Origin: an uncultured Bacilli bacterium
Lineage (GTDB): Bacteria > Bacillota_I > Bacilli_A > RF39 > UBA660
Direction: 5' to 3'
NCBI GenBank assembly: GCA_947628345.1
Contig: CANQZM010000001.1
Location: 2,534 to 66,533, forward strand
Length of the DNA: 64,000 bases
The position numbers and the translations under genes are program-made. This document shows positions 9,367 through 20,523 of this stretch, piece after piece; position 1 is the first letter of the stretch, and every line of letters begins with the position of its first letter. The notes under the pieces were generated by a model. That model was not told where the DNA came from and searched no databases. It was given only the letters and a program-made list of their open reading frames with translations.

Positions 9367-11142
9367 TTAATCACTACTAGAAGAACCCTCAGTATCTGTC
9401 GTTTCATCAGTATTGTTATTATTTGGTTTTTTATTATTATCAGTTGTTTCAGTTGGTTTAGCAGCAACTTCAACAGTTAAAGTGGTTCCTTCAATTATTT
9501 CTGAACCAGCGATACGTGACTGACTAATTATTTTACCTGGTGAATACTGATTAGTTTCAACATAGACTGTCTTTAAAGTTAATTTATATTTAGTACAGAA
9601 AGCTGCAGCATCATCAATACTATATCCTTCAGCAACCATATCTGGGAAAACTTCAACAATATTAGGAATATATAAAGTAATTGAGTCTCCTTCTTTTACT
9701 TCTGATCCTTCAGCCAAAGATTGTCCAATAATTTCTTGTTCATCATAATTACTTCCGGTAACATCTTTTTTCTCGATATTTACTTTTAATTTATATTGAG
9801 TTTGGAGAATAGTTTGAACTTCAATATAATTTTTACCTGTATAATCTTCTAATTTATATGTTTTCTTGCCTGTTGATTTATATAGCGTAACCTTACTACC
9901 TATTTTTACTACCTTACCCTTTTTAGGATTTGTTTTAATAATTCTTCCTTTATCTACAGTATCACTACTTTGAGTTTTAATATCAACATTTACTTCTAAG
10001 CCTAAATCCTCTAGTTTATCAGTAGCCTTACTAACAGTTAATCCTTTAACACTAGGTATAGTAACAGTCTTGGCTTTAGTAAAATGTGGTACTATAAAGA
10101 AAATAGTTAGGAAAATTAAGATAATAGCACCTAAAACACAAGACAAAATGATAATAACTTTTTTACTTTTTTTGTCATCGCTGTCTTCTTCATCTATTTT
10201 TTCAGCAATTTGTTGTTCTTCTGTTTCGTTTTCCAATTCTTCTAATTTTTTAATTCTTTTAGTATTTTCTATTTCATGTTCTGGATATTTATAAACAAGT
10301 GGATCTTCGTTAATTCTTTCATCATCAAGTGCAGTTAATAAATCATCATGCATTTGTTGAACACTATCATAACGATTTTTAGGATTTTTAGCTGTAGCCT
10401 TTAAAATAATATTTTCAATACTTTGTGGAATATTATTATTATCTTCTTTTAAACTAGGAAGTGGTTCTTTCATATGTTTCAAGGCTATTTCAACAGCATT
10501 ATCACCTTTAAATGGTAATTTACCGGTTAATAATTCATAAAAAATAATACCAAGTGAATATATATCACTTTTAGTAGTTGAACCCTTACCACTAGCTTGC
10601 TCCGGTGGTAAATAATGAACTGAACCCATCACTGAATTGGTTTGAGTAAGTTGAGTTGAATTAAGAGCCATAGCAATTCCAAAATCAGTAATTTTAACTT
10701 GACCGTCATCTTGAATCATGATATTTTGTGGTTTCAAATCACGATGGATAATATATGAATCATGGGCATGAGCCATTCCATCAGTAAGTTGTAACATAAT
10801 ATCAATACTTTCAGATAAAGTAAGATTGCCCCTTCTTTTTAGTAATTGTTTTAAAGTTTTTCCTTCAACATATTCCATTACAATATAGTAAAGTCCATCG
10901 TCTTCACCAACATCATACATCTGAACAATATTAGGATGTGAAAGACTAGAAGCTGATAATGCTTCTCGTTGGAAACGTCTTACAAATTTTTCATCGTTAG
11001 ATAAATCCCCTCTTAGTACCTTAATAGCCACATTACGATCTAATATTTCGTCATAACCAAGGTAAACATTAGCCATGCCACCTTCACCAATATTTTTGAT
11101 AACTTCATATCTATCGTTAATTTTTTGCCCCTTTGTTATCAT
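9367..11142 (-). CDS. prkC: Ser/Thr protein kinase PrkC with TM segment and PASTA repeats
   Basis: Hanks kinase motifs (HRDLKPQN, DFGIA), TM helix, three PASTA-like repeats. Confidence 0.9.
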   Translation of the reverse strand: MITKGQKINDRYEVIKNIGEGGMANVYLGYDEILDRNVAIKVLRGDLSNDEKFVRRFQREALSASSLSHPNIVQMYDVGEDDGLYYIVMEYVEGKTLKQLLKRRGNLTLSESIDIMLQLTDGMAHAHDSYIIHRDLKPQNIMIQDDGQVKITDFGIAMALNSTQLTQTNSVMGSVHYLPPEQASGKGSTTKSDIYSLGIIFYELLTGKLPFKGDNAVEIALKHMKEPLPSLKEDNNNIPQSIENIILKATAKNPKNRYDSVQQMHDDLLTALDDERINEDPLVYKYPEHEIENTKRIKKLEELENETEEQQIAEKIDEEDSDDKKSKKVIIILSCVLGAIILIFLTIFFIVPHFTKAKTVTIPSVKGLTVSKATDKLEDLGLEVNVDIKTQSSDTVDKGRIIKTNPKKGKVVKIGSKVTLYKSTGKKTYKLEDYTGKNYIEVQTILQTQYKLKVNIEKKDVTGSNYDEQEIIGQSLAEGSEVKEGDSITLYIPNIVEVFPDMVAEGYSIDDAAAFCTKYKLTLKTVYVETNQYSPGKIISQSRIAGSEIIEGTTLTVEVAAKPTETTDNNKKPNNNNTDETTDTEGSSSSD

Positions 11143-11888
11143 TATACTTCACCTTCTTTTTCGCGAATTAAATATGCTACTGATATATTATCAGTTCCAC
11201 CACGATTATTAGCCTTACGAATTAAACGTATTACTTTTTCTTCAATATCCATATCTTCACTCAGCAGTACTTTTTCTATTTGACTTGCTTCTAACATATT
11301 AGTAAGACCATCACTACAAAGCATAATTTCATCAATTTCCATATCACAATCAAAAATATCAACATCAACTGTTGTTGAAGCTCCTAAGGCTTTCATAAGC
11401 ACATTCTTTTTAGGATGATCTTTAGCTTCTTCTTTAGTTAACTCTCCAGCAGAAACTAATAAATTGACTAAGGTATGATCATAAGTAACCTTATGTAGAG
11501 TACTATCTTTCATCACAAACCCAGATGAATCACCAATATTACCAAACAATAAATAATCTTTAGTTAATATTGCCATAACTAAAGTTGTTCCCATACCCTT
11601 ACTTTCAGGATGAGTTTTTTCATATTGAAAAATTAATGTATTAATTTCATTTACACAATCTCTAATCCAATTTACTGAATCAACTTTACTCATATTTAAA
11701 AATGTTTCATTAAAATGTTTACCTAAATAACTAATAGCAATTGATGAAGCTACTTCTCCAGCTGAATGTCCTCCCATACCATCTGCTACAGCCATTAAAT
11801 AATCATTATTAGCATTTTTAACAATTATGACACTATCTTCATTATGATCTCTAACTTTACCTGCATCAGTTAGATAAAATGATTTCAT
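11142..11888 (-). CDS. stp: PP2C-family Ser/Thr phosphatase Stp/PrpC
   Basis: DGMGGH and DGLT motifs; overlaps prkC start. Confidence 0.9.
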   Translation of the reverse strand: MKSFYLTDAGKVRDHNEDSVIIVKNANNDYLMAVADGMGGHSAGEVASSIAISYLGKHFNETFLNMSKVDSVNWIRDCVNEINTLIFQYEKTHPESKGMGTTLVMAILTKDYLLFGNIGDSSGFVMKDSTLHKVTYDHTLVNLLVSAGELTKEEAKDHPKKNVLMKALGASTTVDVDIFDCDMEIDEIMLCSDGLTNMLEASQIEKVLLSEDMDIEEKVIRLIRKANNRGGTDNISVAYLIREKEGEV

Positions 11889-12910
11889 AGACTTTCCTCC
11901 TTACTTCTTAGTTGTCCACACGCCGCACTTATCTTACTACCAAATTCCCGTCTGATTGTTACGTTAACTTTATTCTTTTTTAGTATATCATAAAATTTCA
12001 TAATTTGTATAGTTTTACTACGATTAAATTCTAAATTTTCAGTATCATTGTAAGGAATTAAGTTTACATAGGCATTCATTCCTTTAATTAAATTCGCCAA
12101 TTCTTGAGCATGCTGTTGTTGATCATTAATTCCATCTAATAAAATATATTCAAATGTGAGACGACGATTAGTTTTTTTTAGATATTTTTTTAAAACCTGC
12201 ATTAATTCAGATAAAGGATAAACTTTATTAATTGGCATCAATTTATCCCTAAGTTCATTATTTGGGGCATGCAGTGAAATAGCTAAATTAACTTGATAAT
12301 TAAAATTCATAAATTCTTCAATTTTGGGAATTATTCCACAAGTGGAAATAGTAATATGTCTACTTCCTATTTGTAATCCCTTAGGATGATTAATTATTTT
12401 AATAAAACGAATTACATTATCATAATTATCAAATGGCTCTCCAATTCCCATTACAACCACATGACTAATTCTTTCTTTAATATCTTCTTCTACTTGTAGT
12501 ATTTGTAATACCATCTCATAAGTATTAAGATTTCGTACTTTTTTACGACGACCACTTTCACAAAACTTACAACCCATGTTACAACCAACTTGGCTAGAAA
12601 CACATATACTATTACCATAATCATGACGCATCAAAACAGCTTCAATATATTCACTATCATAAAGTTTAAATAAATATTTATTAACATCAACATCTTTTTC
12701 AACTTTAACTAACTCCAATTTCTTTAAACTATAATCTTTAGCTAGTTCATCTAAAATATCTTTTTTAATATTAGTTACTTTATTATAACTATTAATTCTT
12801 TTTTGATATAACCAACTAAATAATTGATCTGCATGAAATTTTTTACAATTATGAGATAAAAAATATTCTTCTAATTGGTCTATATCTAAATTATAAATTG
12901 ATTCCATCAT
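11885..12910 (-). CDS. rlmN: 23S rRNA/tRNA m2A methyltransferase RlmN (radical SAM)
   Basis: CNMGCKFCESG cluster; conserved rlmN-stp-prkC-rsgA-rpe order. Confidence 0.9.
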   Translation of the reverse strand: MMESIYNLDIDQLEEYFLSHNCKKFHADQLFSWLYQKRINSYNKVTNIKKDILDELAKDYSLKKLELVKVEKDVDVNKYLFKLYDSEYIEAVLMRHDYGNSICVSSQVGCNMGCKFCESGRRKKVRNLNTYEMVLQILQVEEDIKERISHVVVMGIGEPFDNYDNVIRFIKIINHPKGLQIGSRHITISTCGIIPKIEEFMNFNYQVNLAISLHAPNNELRDKLMPINKVYPLSELMQVLKKYLKKTNRRLTFEYILLDGINDQQQHAQELANLIKGMNAYVNLIPYNDTENLEFNRSKTIQIMKFYDILKKNKVNVTIRREFGSKISAACGQLRSKEESL

Positions 12911-12924
12911 ACCACTTCCATAAA

Positions 12925-13794
12925 TTATTTAACTTCTTCAAACTTTTTTTGTTTTTTATTTTCTAATCTTTCCTTTTCTTTTTCAAGTTCTTTTAAACTT
13001 TTCTCAGGTGTTGGCATTTCTTCAGGCAACATTCCCCCAATATCTTGAATAGCTTTTCGTACCTTTTTCCCAACTTCGTAATGAACAGATTTAGCATTAT
13101 TTTCGCCTTGCACATTATCCCGAATTAATCTTTGTTTTGTTTGATTTATTCTAAATAGATTAGCCACTAATTCATCTTCATTCATATTATCTAGTATATC
13201 TTCTCTATAACGTAATTTTTTTCTTTTAAAAATATCATCAGCAGTTTCACCATTATATAATCCCCTATAACCCGCATTATGAAATTCTGCCATATTTTTA
13301 ACGCCAGCAGATGAAGCAACTTTTTGAAGTGTATAATTGCCTTGCTTAGTTAATTTTCTTTGATAGAATCTTTTTTCATCATCCGATAGCGAATCATATT
13401 CTTGCTCTGTAATTTCTTGTTTTCTTGTTTGAATAGCAAAATAAGTTTGAGCAAGTGCTATACTTTCTTTTCTAGAATCTCCATTTTGAGCAATCAGATA
13501 ACAAGCATATCTTGATAGTTCATAATCATCAATTGTTTTTGTAGCACCTTTAGGCATATCTATCGTTTTGCCGATGTCGGCAAAATGATCATCAATGTTA
13601 TTATTGCTTAACTTACAAGCACTTTTTGCTTTGTCAATAACACCTACAAAGTTGCTCCACTTTGAGTATTCAAGTGTTACCATTAACTCACGAGCGAGCC
13701 AATATTCATTTCCATATTCATCTAAATGTTTTATACTTTCAAAATTACTATCACTATATTTATTATCTAAAACTTTATTTATCATGTAAGTCAC
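12925..13794 (-). CDS. dinD: DNA-damage-inducible protein D (DinD)-like / Bro-N family protein
   Basis: Strong recalled similarity to E. coli DinD across its length (LSRYACYLIAQNGD, QTYFAIQTR, NAGYRGLYNG, ANLFR, MPEEMPTP). Confidence 0.7.
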   Translation of the reverse strand: MTYMINKVLDNKYSDSNFESIKHLDEYGNEYWLARELMVTLEYSKWSNFVGVIDKAKSACKLSNNNIDDHFADIGKTIDMPKGATKTIDDYELSRYACYLIAQNGDSRKESIALAQTYFAIQTRKQEITEQEYDSLSDDEKRFYQRKLTKQGNYTLQKVASSAGVKNMAEFHNAGYRGLYNGETADDIFKRKKLRYREDILDNMNEDELVANLFRINQTKQRLIRDNVQGENNAKSVHYEVGKKVRKAIQDIGGMLPEEMPTPEKSLKELEKEKERLENKKQKKFEEVK

Positions 13795-14069
13795 TTCCTT
13801 ATTATTTATTTTAACAAAATCAGTTCTTTAATTAATTCTTTTTGAGACATCTTACATAAGTGATTTATAACATTATTATATTATCTTTCATAATATTTTC
13901 CCTAGTTATATCGTAATTTTTGATGTTCTTCTTCAAAGTTTTAGCATTACATGAATCAACAATAAATCCGTATCTTCAGTTGATATTTATAAAATTTTGT
14001 TGAGTTCTTCATACACCCCATTATACTAGAAAACCAAATAAAAAGATAGTCGTAACTATCCCTATAATT

Positions 14070-14603
14070 TTATTCAATTTTTAATGATGCAATCATCTTA
14101 TCAAAATTTTTATTACACTCTTTAGCTTTAGTCTTAGTTAAGTAAGTTGATTGATTAATAACTTCTATACTATATAATTTATCATCATAATTAATCGCAT
14201 AATAACTTATAGTAGGTTTAGATCTAACTGTTGTAAAATAATCCCATTTACTCTTATTAATAGTTTTAGTTTTTATCTTTTCAATTATGAATCCATTTTC
14301 TTCTAAATTTGCTTTAGTATTAGTTAAAAATTCTTTATTACTATTAGTTTTATTAATACAAATTGTTCCACAAGTACTTTCTTTATAACTCATTCGATAA
14401 ATTTTATCACAACTAGTATCTTCAAACTCATTCATTCCCATAACAACTTTATACTTCAGTTTATCCATTGTTTCAATATGTTGTCTACTTCTATAAAATA
14501 AGAAAAAAGCTCCTACTGATATTGTTATAACAATTAGAAAAATTATGATATTTTTTCTAGTACGATGAATTTGGAAAGAGTAACTAAAATATTTATTAGA
14601 CAT
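14070..14603 (-). CDS. Hypothetical membrane-anchored protein (177 aa)
   Basis: N-terminal TM helix; no recognised domain. Confidence 0.4.
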   Translation of the reverse strand: MSNKYFSYSFQIHRTRKNIIIFLIVITISVGAFFLFYRSRQHIETMDKLKYKVVMGMNEFEDTSCDKIYRMSYKESTCGTICINKTNSNKEFLTNTKANLEENGFIIEKIKTKTINKSKWDYFTTVRSKPTISYYAINYDDKLYSIEVINQSTYLTKTKAKECNKNFDKMIASLKIE

Positions 14604-14623
14604 ATTACCAACTCCTCTAAATA

Positions 14624-15271
14624 TTAATTATCGTTTCTATTACCAAATAACTCCAACAATCTAATAAATATATTGATAAAATCCAAATATAATTGGAATG
14701 CACCAAAGACTGCGGCTTTATCTTCATCAAAAGCAGCTACTAAATATTTAATTTTATTGATATCATAAGCTACATAACCCAAGAAAATTACTATTACTAG
14801 TAGTGATAAACCTAGTTCTAAGCCACTACTTTTAAAGATAAATATATTTAAAATAGAAATAATTATTGAGGCAATAAGAGCTACAAATAAAACTGTTCCT
14901 ATTTTTGTAATATCTTTTTTCGTCTTATAACCATATAAAGCCAGTAATCCAAATAAAATTGATGTTACTAAAAAGACCAAAATAATTGTTTTCATTTGAT
15001 AAGCTAAAAATATTGTTCCAAAAGTAATTCCAGTAACTATTGAATATATTAAATAAAATATTTTAAGCATTGTAGGACTAAGCTTGTTAATAAACATTGA
15101 CATCACAAAGGCAACTACTAGTTCTAATATACAAATAGGAATAATTCCTACACTTAAAATTTTAACTAGTAAAACAGGATTTAAAGACAAAGCATACCCT
15201 GAAATGAATGTAACTAATAACCCAATAAATAGCCAACTAAATAATTTTGAATAAACTCTATTTTCCATATT
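14624..15271 (-). CDS. Bax inhibitor-1/YccA family membrane protein
   Basis: 7 predicted TM helices, BI-1-type C-terminal region; start MENRVYSKLF. Confidence 0.6.
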   Translation of the reverse strand, partial: NMENRVYSKLFSWLFIGLLVTFISGYALSLNPVLLVKILSVGIIPICILELVVAFVMSMFINKLSPTMLKIFYLIYSIVTGITFGTIFLAYQMKTIILVFLVTSILFGLLALYGYKTKKDITKIGTVLFVALIASIIISILNIFIFKSSGLELGLSLLVIVIFLGYVAYDINKIKYLVAAFDEDKAAVFGAFQLYLDFINIFIRLLELFGNRNDN

Positions 15272-15296
15272 ATCACCTCTATCTAATTTTAACATA

Positions 15297-16226
15297 TTAA
15301 ATTTTTTTCCACAAATTTTTGTTATATTCTTTTTTTTCAATTAACTCTTCTAGTGCTTTTTTAACACCTGGTAAATCCTCTTTATAAGTTACTCCATACC
15401 AAGTTGCAGTAGTTTTAATAACATCCACTGTAGCAAATTTATCTTGAATACTATCAAATAAAACATCTGGTATTAAGTATTCAAAATCTGCCAAATGATC
15501 TCTATTGTTAGCTAAATATTCTGGAAATTTTTGCTCAATATAATCAAATATGGTTGGATTAAATAGCATCATATTTAAAGATACCAAAGTTCCTTCTAAA
15601 ACAGTAAAACTATTAGTTCCATTAAGTGGTTTAGCAATAATTTCTCCATTTACTCTTTCAATACTACTTTCTGTTAGTTTAACTAATTTATCATTTTTTA
15701 CTTCACAAACAGCTCGTTTAACTGCCCCATTTTCTGTCATTGTATTTTCTACTTTATAACCAACTAAACCATAGTGCTGTTGTGGATCACTTTCTTGTTT
15801 TTTAGTTAAAAATTCATATGCCTTGATATAAGCATCTTTTCCTAAGAAATCATCAGCATTAATAGTAGCAAATGATCCTTTTATATGATCCTTACAGCAT
15901 AGAATCGCATGAGCTGTTCCTAGTGGTTTTACTCTTGTTTTTAATTCATCATAACCAGCGGGTAAATTATCATTCTTTTGAAAACAATACTCTACTTTTA
16001 TATAAGGTTCTACTCTCTTTCCTATTGTTTCTTTAAAAATTTCATAATTTTCTTCTTTTATTAAAAATACAACTTTATTAAATCCCGCTTCAATAGCATC
16101 ATGAATAGCATAATCTATTAAAAATTCACCATTAGGTCCCATTGGTTGAATTTGTTTTAAACCTCCAAATCTACTTCCCATACCACCTGCTAAAACTAAT
16201 AAAGTAATTTCATTTTCTTTCTGCAT
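15297..16226 (-). CDS. Sugar-phosphate nucleotidyltransferase (NTP_transferase fold)
   Basis: LAGGMGSRFG signature at N-terminus. Confidence 0.6.
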   Translation of the reverse strand: MQKENEITLLVLAGGMGSRFGGLKQIQPMGPNGEFLIDYAIHDAIEAGFNKVVFLIKEENYEIFKETIGKRVEPYIKVEYCFQKNDNLPAGYDELKTRVKPLGTAHAILCCKDHIKGSFATINADDFLGKDAYIKAYEFLTKKQESDPQQHYGLVGYKVENTMTENGAVKRAVCEVKNDKLVKLTESSIERVNGEIIAKPLNGTNSFTVLEGTLVSLNMMLFNPTIFDYIEQKFPEYLANNRDHLADFEYLIPDVLFDSIQDKFATVDVIKTTATWYGVTYKEDLPGVKKALEELIEKKEYNKNLWKKI

Positions 16227-16227
16227 T

Positions 16228-16602
16228 TTAAAGTCTCCCTTCTAATTTATTATCTACTTTTTCTGCTAATTTATGAAGTGCATCACTTAAACTTTCACTA
16301 GTACTTGTAATAATATCATTCCAAACTAAATTATCATTATATTCTCCTATCATCATTTTATTTTTGATAGTTACAAAAAATTCTTTTTCATTCATCAAAT
16401 AAGTAATAAATAAAGCTTTCTCAGAACTTAGACAATCATAAAGGTTTGGATAATCTTTTATAAAATTTAAATTAGCTTCATCTAATTGTTCAATATCTAT
16501 ATAATTATTTGTTTCATCTTTCTCACTTAAAGATCCAATTAATTTATTCTGATTATTTTTTCTAATAAATAAATTATAACCATTTATTATTTTATCTTCC
16601 AT
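16228..16602 (-). CDS. Hypothetical protein (124 aa)
   Basis: ORF only. Confidence 0.35.
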   Translation of the reverse strand: MEDKIINGYNLFIRKNNQNKLIGSLSEKDETNNYIDIEQLDEANLNFIKDYPNLYDCLSSEKALFITYLMNEKEFFVTIKNKMMIGEYNDNLVWNDIITSTSESLSDALHKLAEKVDNKLEGRL

Positions 16603-16611
16603 AAAACCTCC

Positions 16612-18711
16612 CTATACTTTAGTTAATTTCTTATGATTTTTCATTAACTTTTTAATATTATATGGATGTTTAAAAGCTACACTAACTAAACTATTAGTAA
16701 CTTCTACCACTCTACCTGCACCAAAAGTTTCATGATAAACATAATCTCCTACTTGATAATCAATATCATCTGTTCTAAATACATCTTCAGATTGCAATTT
16801 AGAAACAACTTTATTTTCATGTCCTAATTCAATATTACTTTCAATTAACTTTGGATCAATCTCAGAAATAAACCTACTAGGTGGATTAATCTGATCCTTA
16901 CCAAACAAAGTTCTCCTTTTAGCATTAACTAGATAAAGATGACTTTTAGCTCTAGTAATAGCAACATAACATAATCTTCTTTCTTCTTCTAGTTCATCAC
17001 TTTCCATTAAAGAATTCATATGAGGAAAAATTCCCTCTTCCATTCCTACTACAAAAACATAATCAAATTCTAAACCCTTAACAGAATGAACAGTCATTAA
17101 ACTAATTCTATTTAAATCATCTTTATACTCTTCTACATCACTAATTAGACTAATTTCTAATAAAAAATCTTCTAAAGAAATTAATCCTTCTCTTTCTTCA
17201 AAGGACTTAGTAATTGATTTAAATTCCTCTAAATTTTCTATTCTAATTTCACTTTCTAAAGTATTATCACTTTCTAATTCTTGTCTTAATCCAGATAATT
17301 CAAGAACTTTATCAATTAATTCAGTTAACGTTAACTCTTCTGATAATTTACGTAACTGTTCAATAATTTCTTTAAACTCTAACTCTTTTCCTGATGAAAT
17401 AATTTCATAAATACTTTTATTTTCTAAGTCTGCTTGTTTAGTTAAATTTTCTATTGTTTTTAGACCAATACCTCTTTTAGGGGTATTAATAATTCTAATT
17501 AGACTAACGTTATCTTTAATATTATGAATTAGTCTTAAGTAAGCAATTAAGTCTTTAATTTCTTTTCTATTATAGAAATAAAAACTACCAACCACTCTAT
17601 AAGGCATATTTTCTTTTAACATTTCTTCTTCTAAAATACGAGATTGGGCATTAGTACGATATAAAACTGCTATATCCTGATAAGAAACACTTTTATTACT
17701 TAATTCTTTTACTTTTCTGATAACATACTGTGCTTCATCGCGTTCATTATAAGCTCGGTAATAGTTAATTTTTTCACCCAAGCCATTAGAAGTCCATAAC
17801 TTTTTATCTTTTCTCAATTTATTATTTTTAATAACACCATTAGCTGCATCTAAAATATTTTGGGTTGAACGATAATTTTCTTCAAGTAAAATTATTTTAG
17901 CGTCTTTATAATCTTTTTCAAAGTTTAAGATATTTTTATAATTAGCACCTCTAAAAGAATAAATTGATTGGTCATTATCTCCTACACAACAAATATTACG
18001 ATACTTTTCACTAATCATCTTAGTAAGAATATACTGAGCTTCATTAGTATCTTGATACTCATCAATTAAAATATATTGAAAATGATCTTGGTATTTTTCT
18101 AAAATATCTTTATATTTTCTAAATAAAATAATAGGTAATATTAATAAATCATCAAAATCTACAGAATTATTTTTCTTAAGTTTTTCTTCATATTTATTAT
18201 ATACTTTTAAAACTACTTTTTCATATTCACTATTAGCATATTTTTCATAATCTATTGGTAAAATCATTTCATTTTTACAACTACTAATTTTATTTCTAAT
18301 AGATCTTGGATTATATATTTTAGGATCATAATTTAATTCTTTTAAAATTTTCTTAATAACAGTTAAAGAATCATCACTATCCATAATTACAAAATTACGG
18401 TCATATCCCAAAATGTTACTATTTTCTCTTAAAATTTTAAGTCCAAAACTATGAAAAGTTGATACTTGAATATATTTGGAATCTTCACCAATTAATCTAT
18501 CTAAGCGTTCTTTCATTTCTTTAGCCGCTTTATTAGTAAAGGTAATAGCTAAAATATTATAAGGACTAATGTTATTTTCTTTTATCAAATAAGCAATCTT
18601 TGTTGTTAAAACTCTTGTTTTACCGCTACCAGCTCCTGCTAAAATTAGAAGAGGTCCTTGATTATATAAAACTGCTTCTTTTTGATAATCATTTAACTTA
18701 TCTATGTTCAT
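16612..18711 (-). CDS. pcrA: ATP-dependent DNA helicase PcrA/UvrD
   Basis: LILAGAGSGKTRVLT Walker A, UvrD helicase motifs, 699 aa. Confidence 0.9.
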   Translation of the reverse strand: MNIDKLNDYQKEAVLYNQGPLLILAGAGSGKTRVLTTKIAYLIKENNISPYNILAITFTNKAAKEMKERLDRLIGEDSKYIQVSTFHSFGLKILRENSNILGYDRNFVIMDSDDSLTVIKKILKELNYDPKIYNPRSIRNKISSCKNEMILPIDYEKYANSEYEKVVLKVYNKYEEKLKKNNSVDFDDLLILPIILFRKYKDILEKYQDHFQYILIDEYQDTNEAQYILTKMISEKYRNICCVGDNDQSIYSFRGANYKNILNFEKDYKDAKIILLEENYRSTQNILDAANGVIKNNKLRKDKKLWTSNGLGEKINYYRAYNERDEAQYVIRKVKELSNKSVSYQDIAVLYRTNAQSRILEEEMLKENMPYRVVGSFYFYNRKEIKDLIAYLRLIHNIKDNVSLIRIINTPKRGIGLKTIENLTKQADLENKSIYEIISSGKELEFKEIIEQLRKLSEELTLTELIDKVLELSGLRQELESDNTLESEIRIENLEEFKSITKSFEEREGLISLEDFLLEISLISDVEEYKDDLNRISLMTVHSVKGLEFDYVFVVGMEEGIFPHMNSLMESDELEEERRLCYVAITRAKSHLYLVNAKRRTLFGKDQINPPSRFISEIDPKLIESNIELGHENKVVSKLQSEDVFRTDDIDYQVGDYVYHETFGAGRVVEVTNSLVSVAFKHPYNIKKLMKNHKKLTKV

Positions 18712-18841
18712 TTTTTAACCTACTTCCTATTTTAATTATATCCTATTTATGAAAAAAGGCAAAGAAAAAGTGTCAATTACTAATTTATAGACAACTTAAA
18801 ACAGTTAGCATTTCTTAATATACTAACTGTTTTTCTATACA

Positions 18842-19849
18842 TTATATATTTAATAACTCATCTAACTTTGTTCTATTATTGACAGAATTATACGTAATTA
18901 TTGGCTTTATCTGAGAATCCTCTTCCTCTATAAAATCATCTTCATTAATTTCTTGTTCAGTTTGTACTATTACCTCTTCAGAAAAATCATCTTTACTATC
19001 TTCTACTTCATCTTCAATATTAATCATATTAGTTTTATCTTGATTATTTTTTAAAATATCCAAAACTAATTTATAATCATCTAAAGTAAGCATATTTTCA
19101 TACTCTTTAATTAATTTTTGATCTATATCCATTTTTTCTTCTAAAGTAACTGTTGCTTGTTTTTGATCAACAACTTTTTTTACTAATACTGGTGGAGTTA
19201 TTTCTACAATACCAGCAATATTTTTTTTAAGCGGAACTTTAACGTATTTAGTTATGACTTTTTCTACTTCTTCTTTTTTCTGAGTTGCTCTAATAAATTT
19301 ATAAATAAGTAAAAATAGTAACCAAACTATAAATACTATACTACTTAAGCTAATCAAAGCTGCAACTTGTTCATTCCCATAAATTGAGCTTTGATCAAAA
19401 ATATCAAGTTTTTTAATATGTACAATATTTAAAATCAGCACCAAGAAATAATGCATAATACAAAATATAAAGGTATTAATAACTTTTAATAATTTATCTT
19501 CTTTATAATTAAAAATAGTAAACCATAAAATAATATTAGTTATAATTATAGCTCCTAAATAAATTGCTACATTAGGGAAGTAAAAAACAATAAAGAAGTT
19601 ATTCATCATATAATCAACCATACTTTTCAAAGATGTTTTATATAACACAATAATAGCAATTATACTTAACACATAAAGACCTATAAATAATAATTTAGTT
19701 GCTTTAGCATTCTTCTTATTTACTGTTAAAAATATGAAAGCCAAAAATATTAAAGCAAAAATTGCAATTATATAAATTTTTGAAGATGATGCAACATCAA
19801 CAAAAATTTTAAGTTTTTCAAAAAATGACAAATTGTTCATCATCTTCAA
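18842..19849 (-). CDS. Hypothetical polytopic membrane protein with acidic C-terminal tail
   Basis: Multiple TM helices; no recognised domain. Confidence 0.4.
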   Translation of the reverse strand: MKMMNNLSFFEKLKIFVDVASSSKIYIIAIFALIFLAFIFLTVNKKNAKATKLLFIGLYVLSIIAIIVLYKTSLKSMVDYMMNNFFIVFYFPNVAIYLGAIIITNIILWFTIFNYKEDKLLKVINTFIFCIMHYFLVLILNIVHIKKLDIFDQSSIYGNEQVAALISLSSIVFIVWLLFLLIYKFIRATQKKEEVEKVITKYVKVPLKKNIAGIVEITPPVLVKKVVDQKQATVTLEEKMDIDQKLIKEYENMLTLDDYKLVLDILKNNQDKTNMINIEDEVEDSKDDFSEEVIVQTEQEINEDDFIEEEDSQIKPIITYNSVNNRTKLDELLNI

Positions 19850-19863
19850 CCCCCTTTTTATAA

Positions 19864-20523
19864 TTATTCAATAGACTCTAATTCTGATATATAAATAGTT
19901 TGTGTCTTACTATCATTATTAGTACATGTAACTAATGTCAGTGTTGTTCTATTTTGATTTCTATAAACAGCTATATGACCAATTTTATCAACTTTATAAA
20001 TATTAACAATTTTATATGTATATACTTTATCGTTATATTTTATCTTTAATTCATCATCAACAGCAAGTTTATATAAATCGTTAAAAAATGAATTCCAGGC
20101 AGTTCCCGAATGTCCAGCAATAATTAAATTACCTTTAGCTACATTTGGATAATCAGATTCTTTTACAACTAACAAATTCTTATCTACATCATTTAAACTT
20201 GATTCCTTAGGATAAAATCCTTTGGAAAAATTAAGTTTAGGTATCTCTAAATATCCAATGTACTTATTTGGATCCATTTCTTGTTCTGGAATTCCTTCAT
20301 CGCCATTATGAATATTTTCCTCTTCTTCTTTTATATTTTCCTCATTTTTACTGTAAAAAACGTTACTCATATAATCATATACCATAACTTTTTTACTCAT
20401 AATATAGTTATATGAAAGAAAGAATCCACCTATTATAATCATAATAGTACCTATACAAGCTACTAAACTAGGTGAGATTCTTTTTTTACTTTTATTATTA
20501 TCCTTGTCTACGTTTGTATACAT
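19864..20523 (-). CDS. Sortase family transpeptidase
   Basis: N-terminal TM anchor, IIAGHS, TLVTCT catalytic Cys motif. Confidence 0.75.
   Translation of the reverse strand: MYTNVDKDNNKSKKRISPSLVACIGTIMIIIGGFFLSYNYIMSKKVMVYDYMSNVFYSKNEENIKEEEENIHNGDEGIPEQEMDPNKYIGYLEIPKLNFSKGFYPKESSLNDVDKNLLVVKESDYPNVAKGNLIIAGHSGTAWNSFFNDLYKLAVDDELKIKYNDKVYTYKIVNIYKVDKIGHIAVYRNQNRTTLTLVTCTNNDSKTQTIYISELESIE

Noticed and set aside
13795-14069. Search for a LexA box upstream of the dinD-like gene next to rlmN
   Set aside because: No GAAC-N4-GTT(T/C) motif seen by eye in the 275-bp upstream region, so SOS control of this copy is not supported from sequence.
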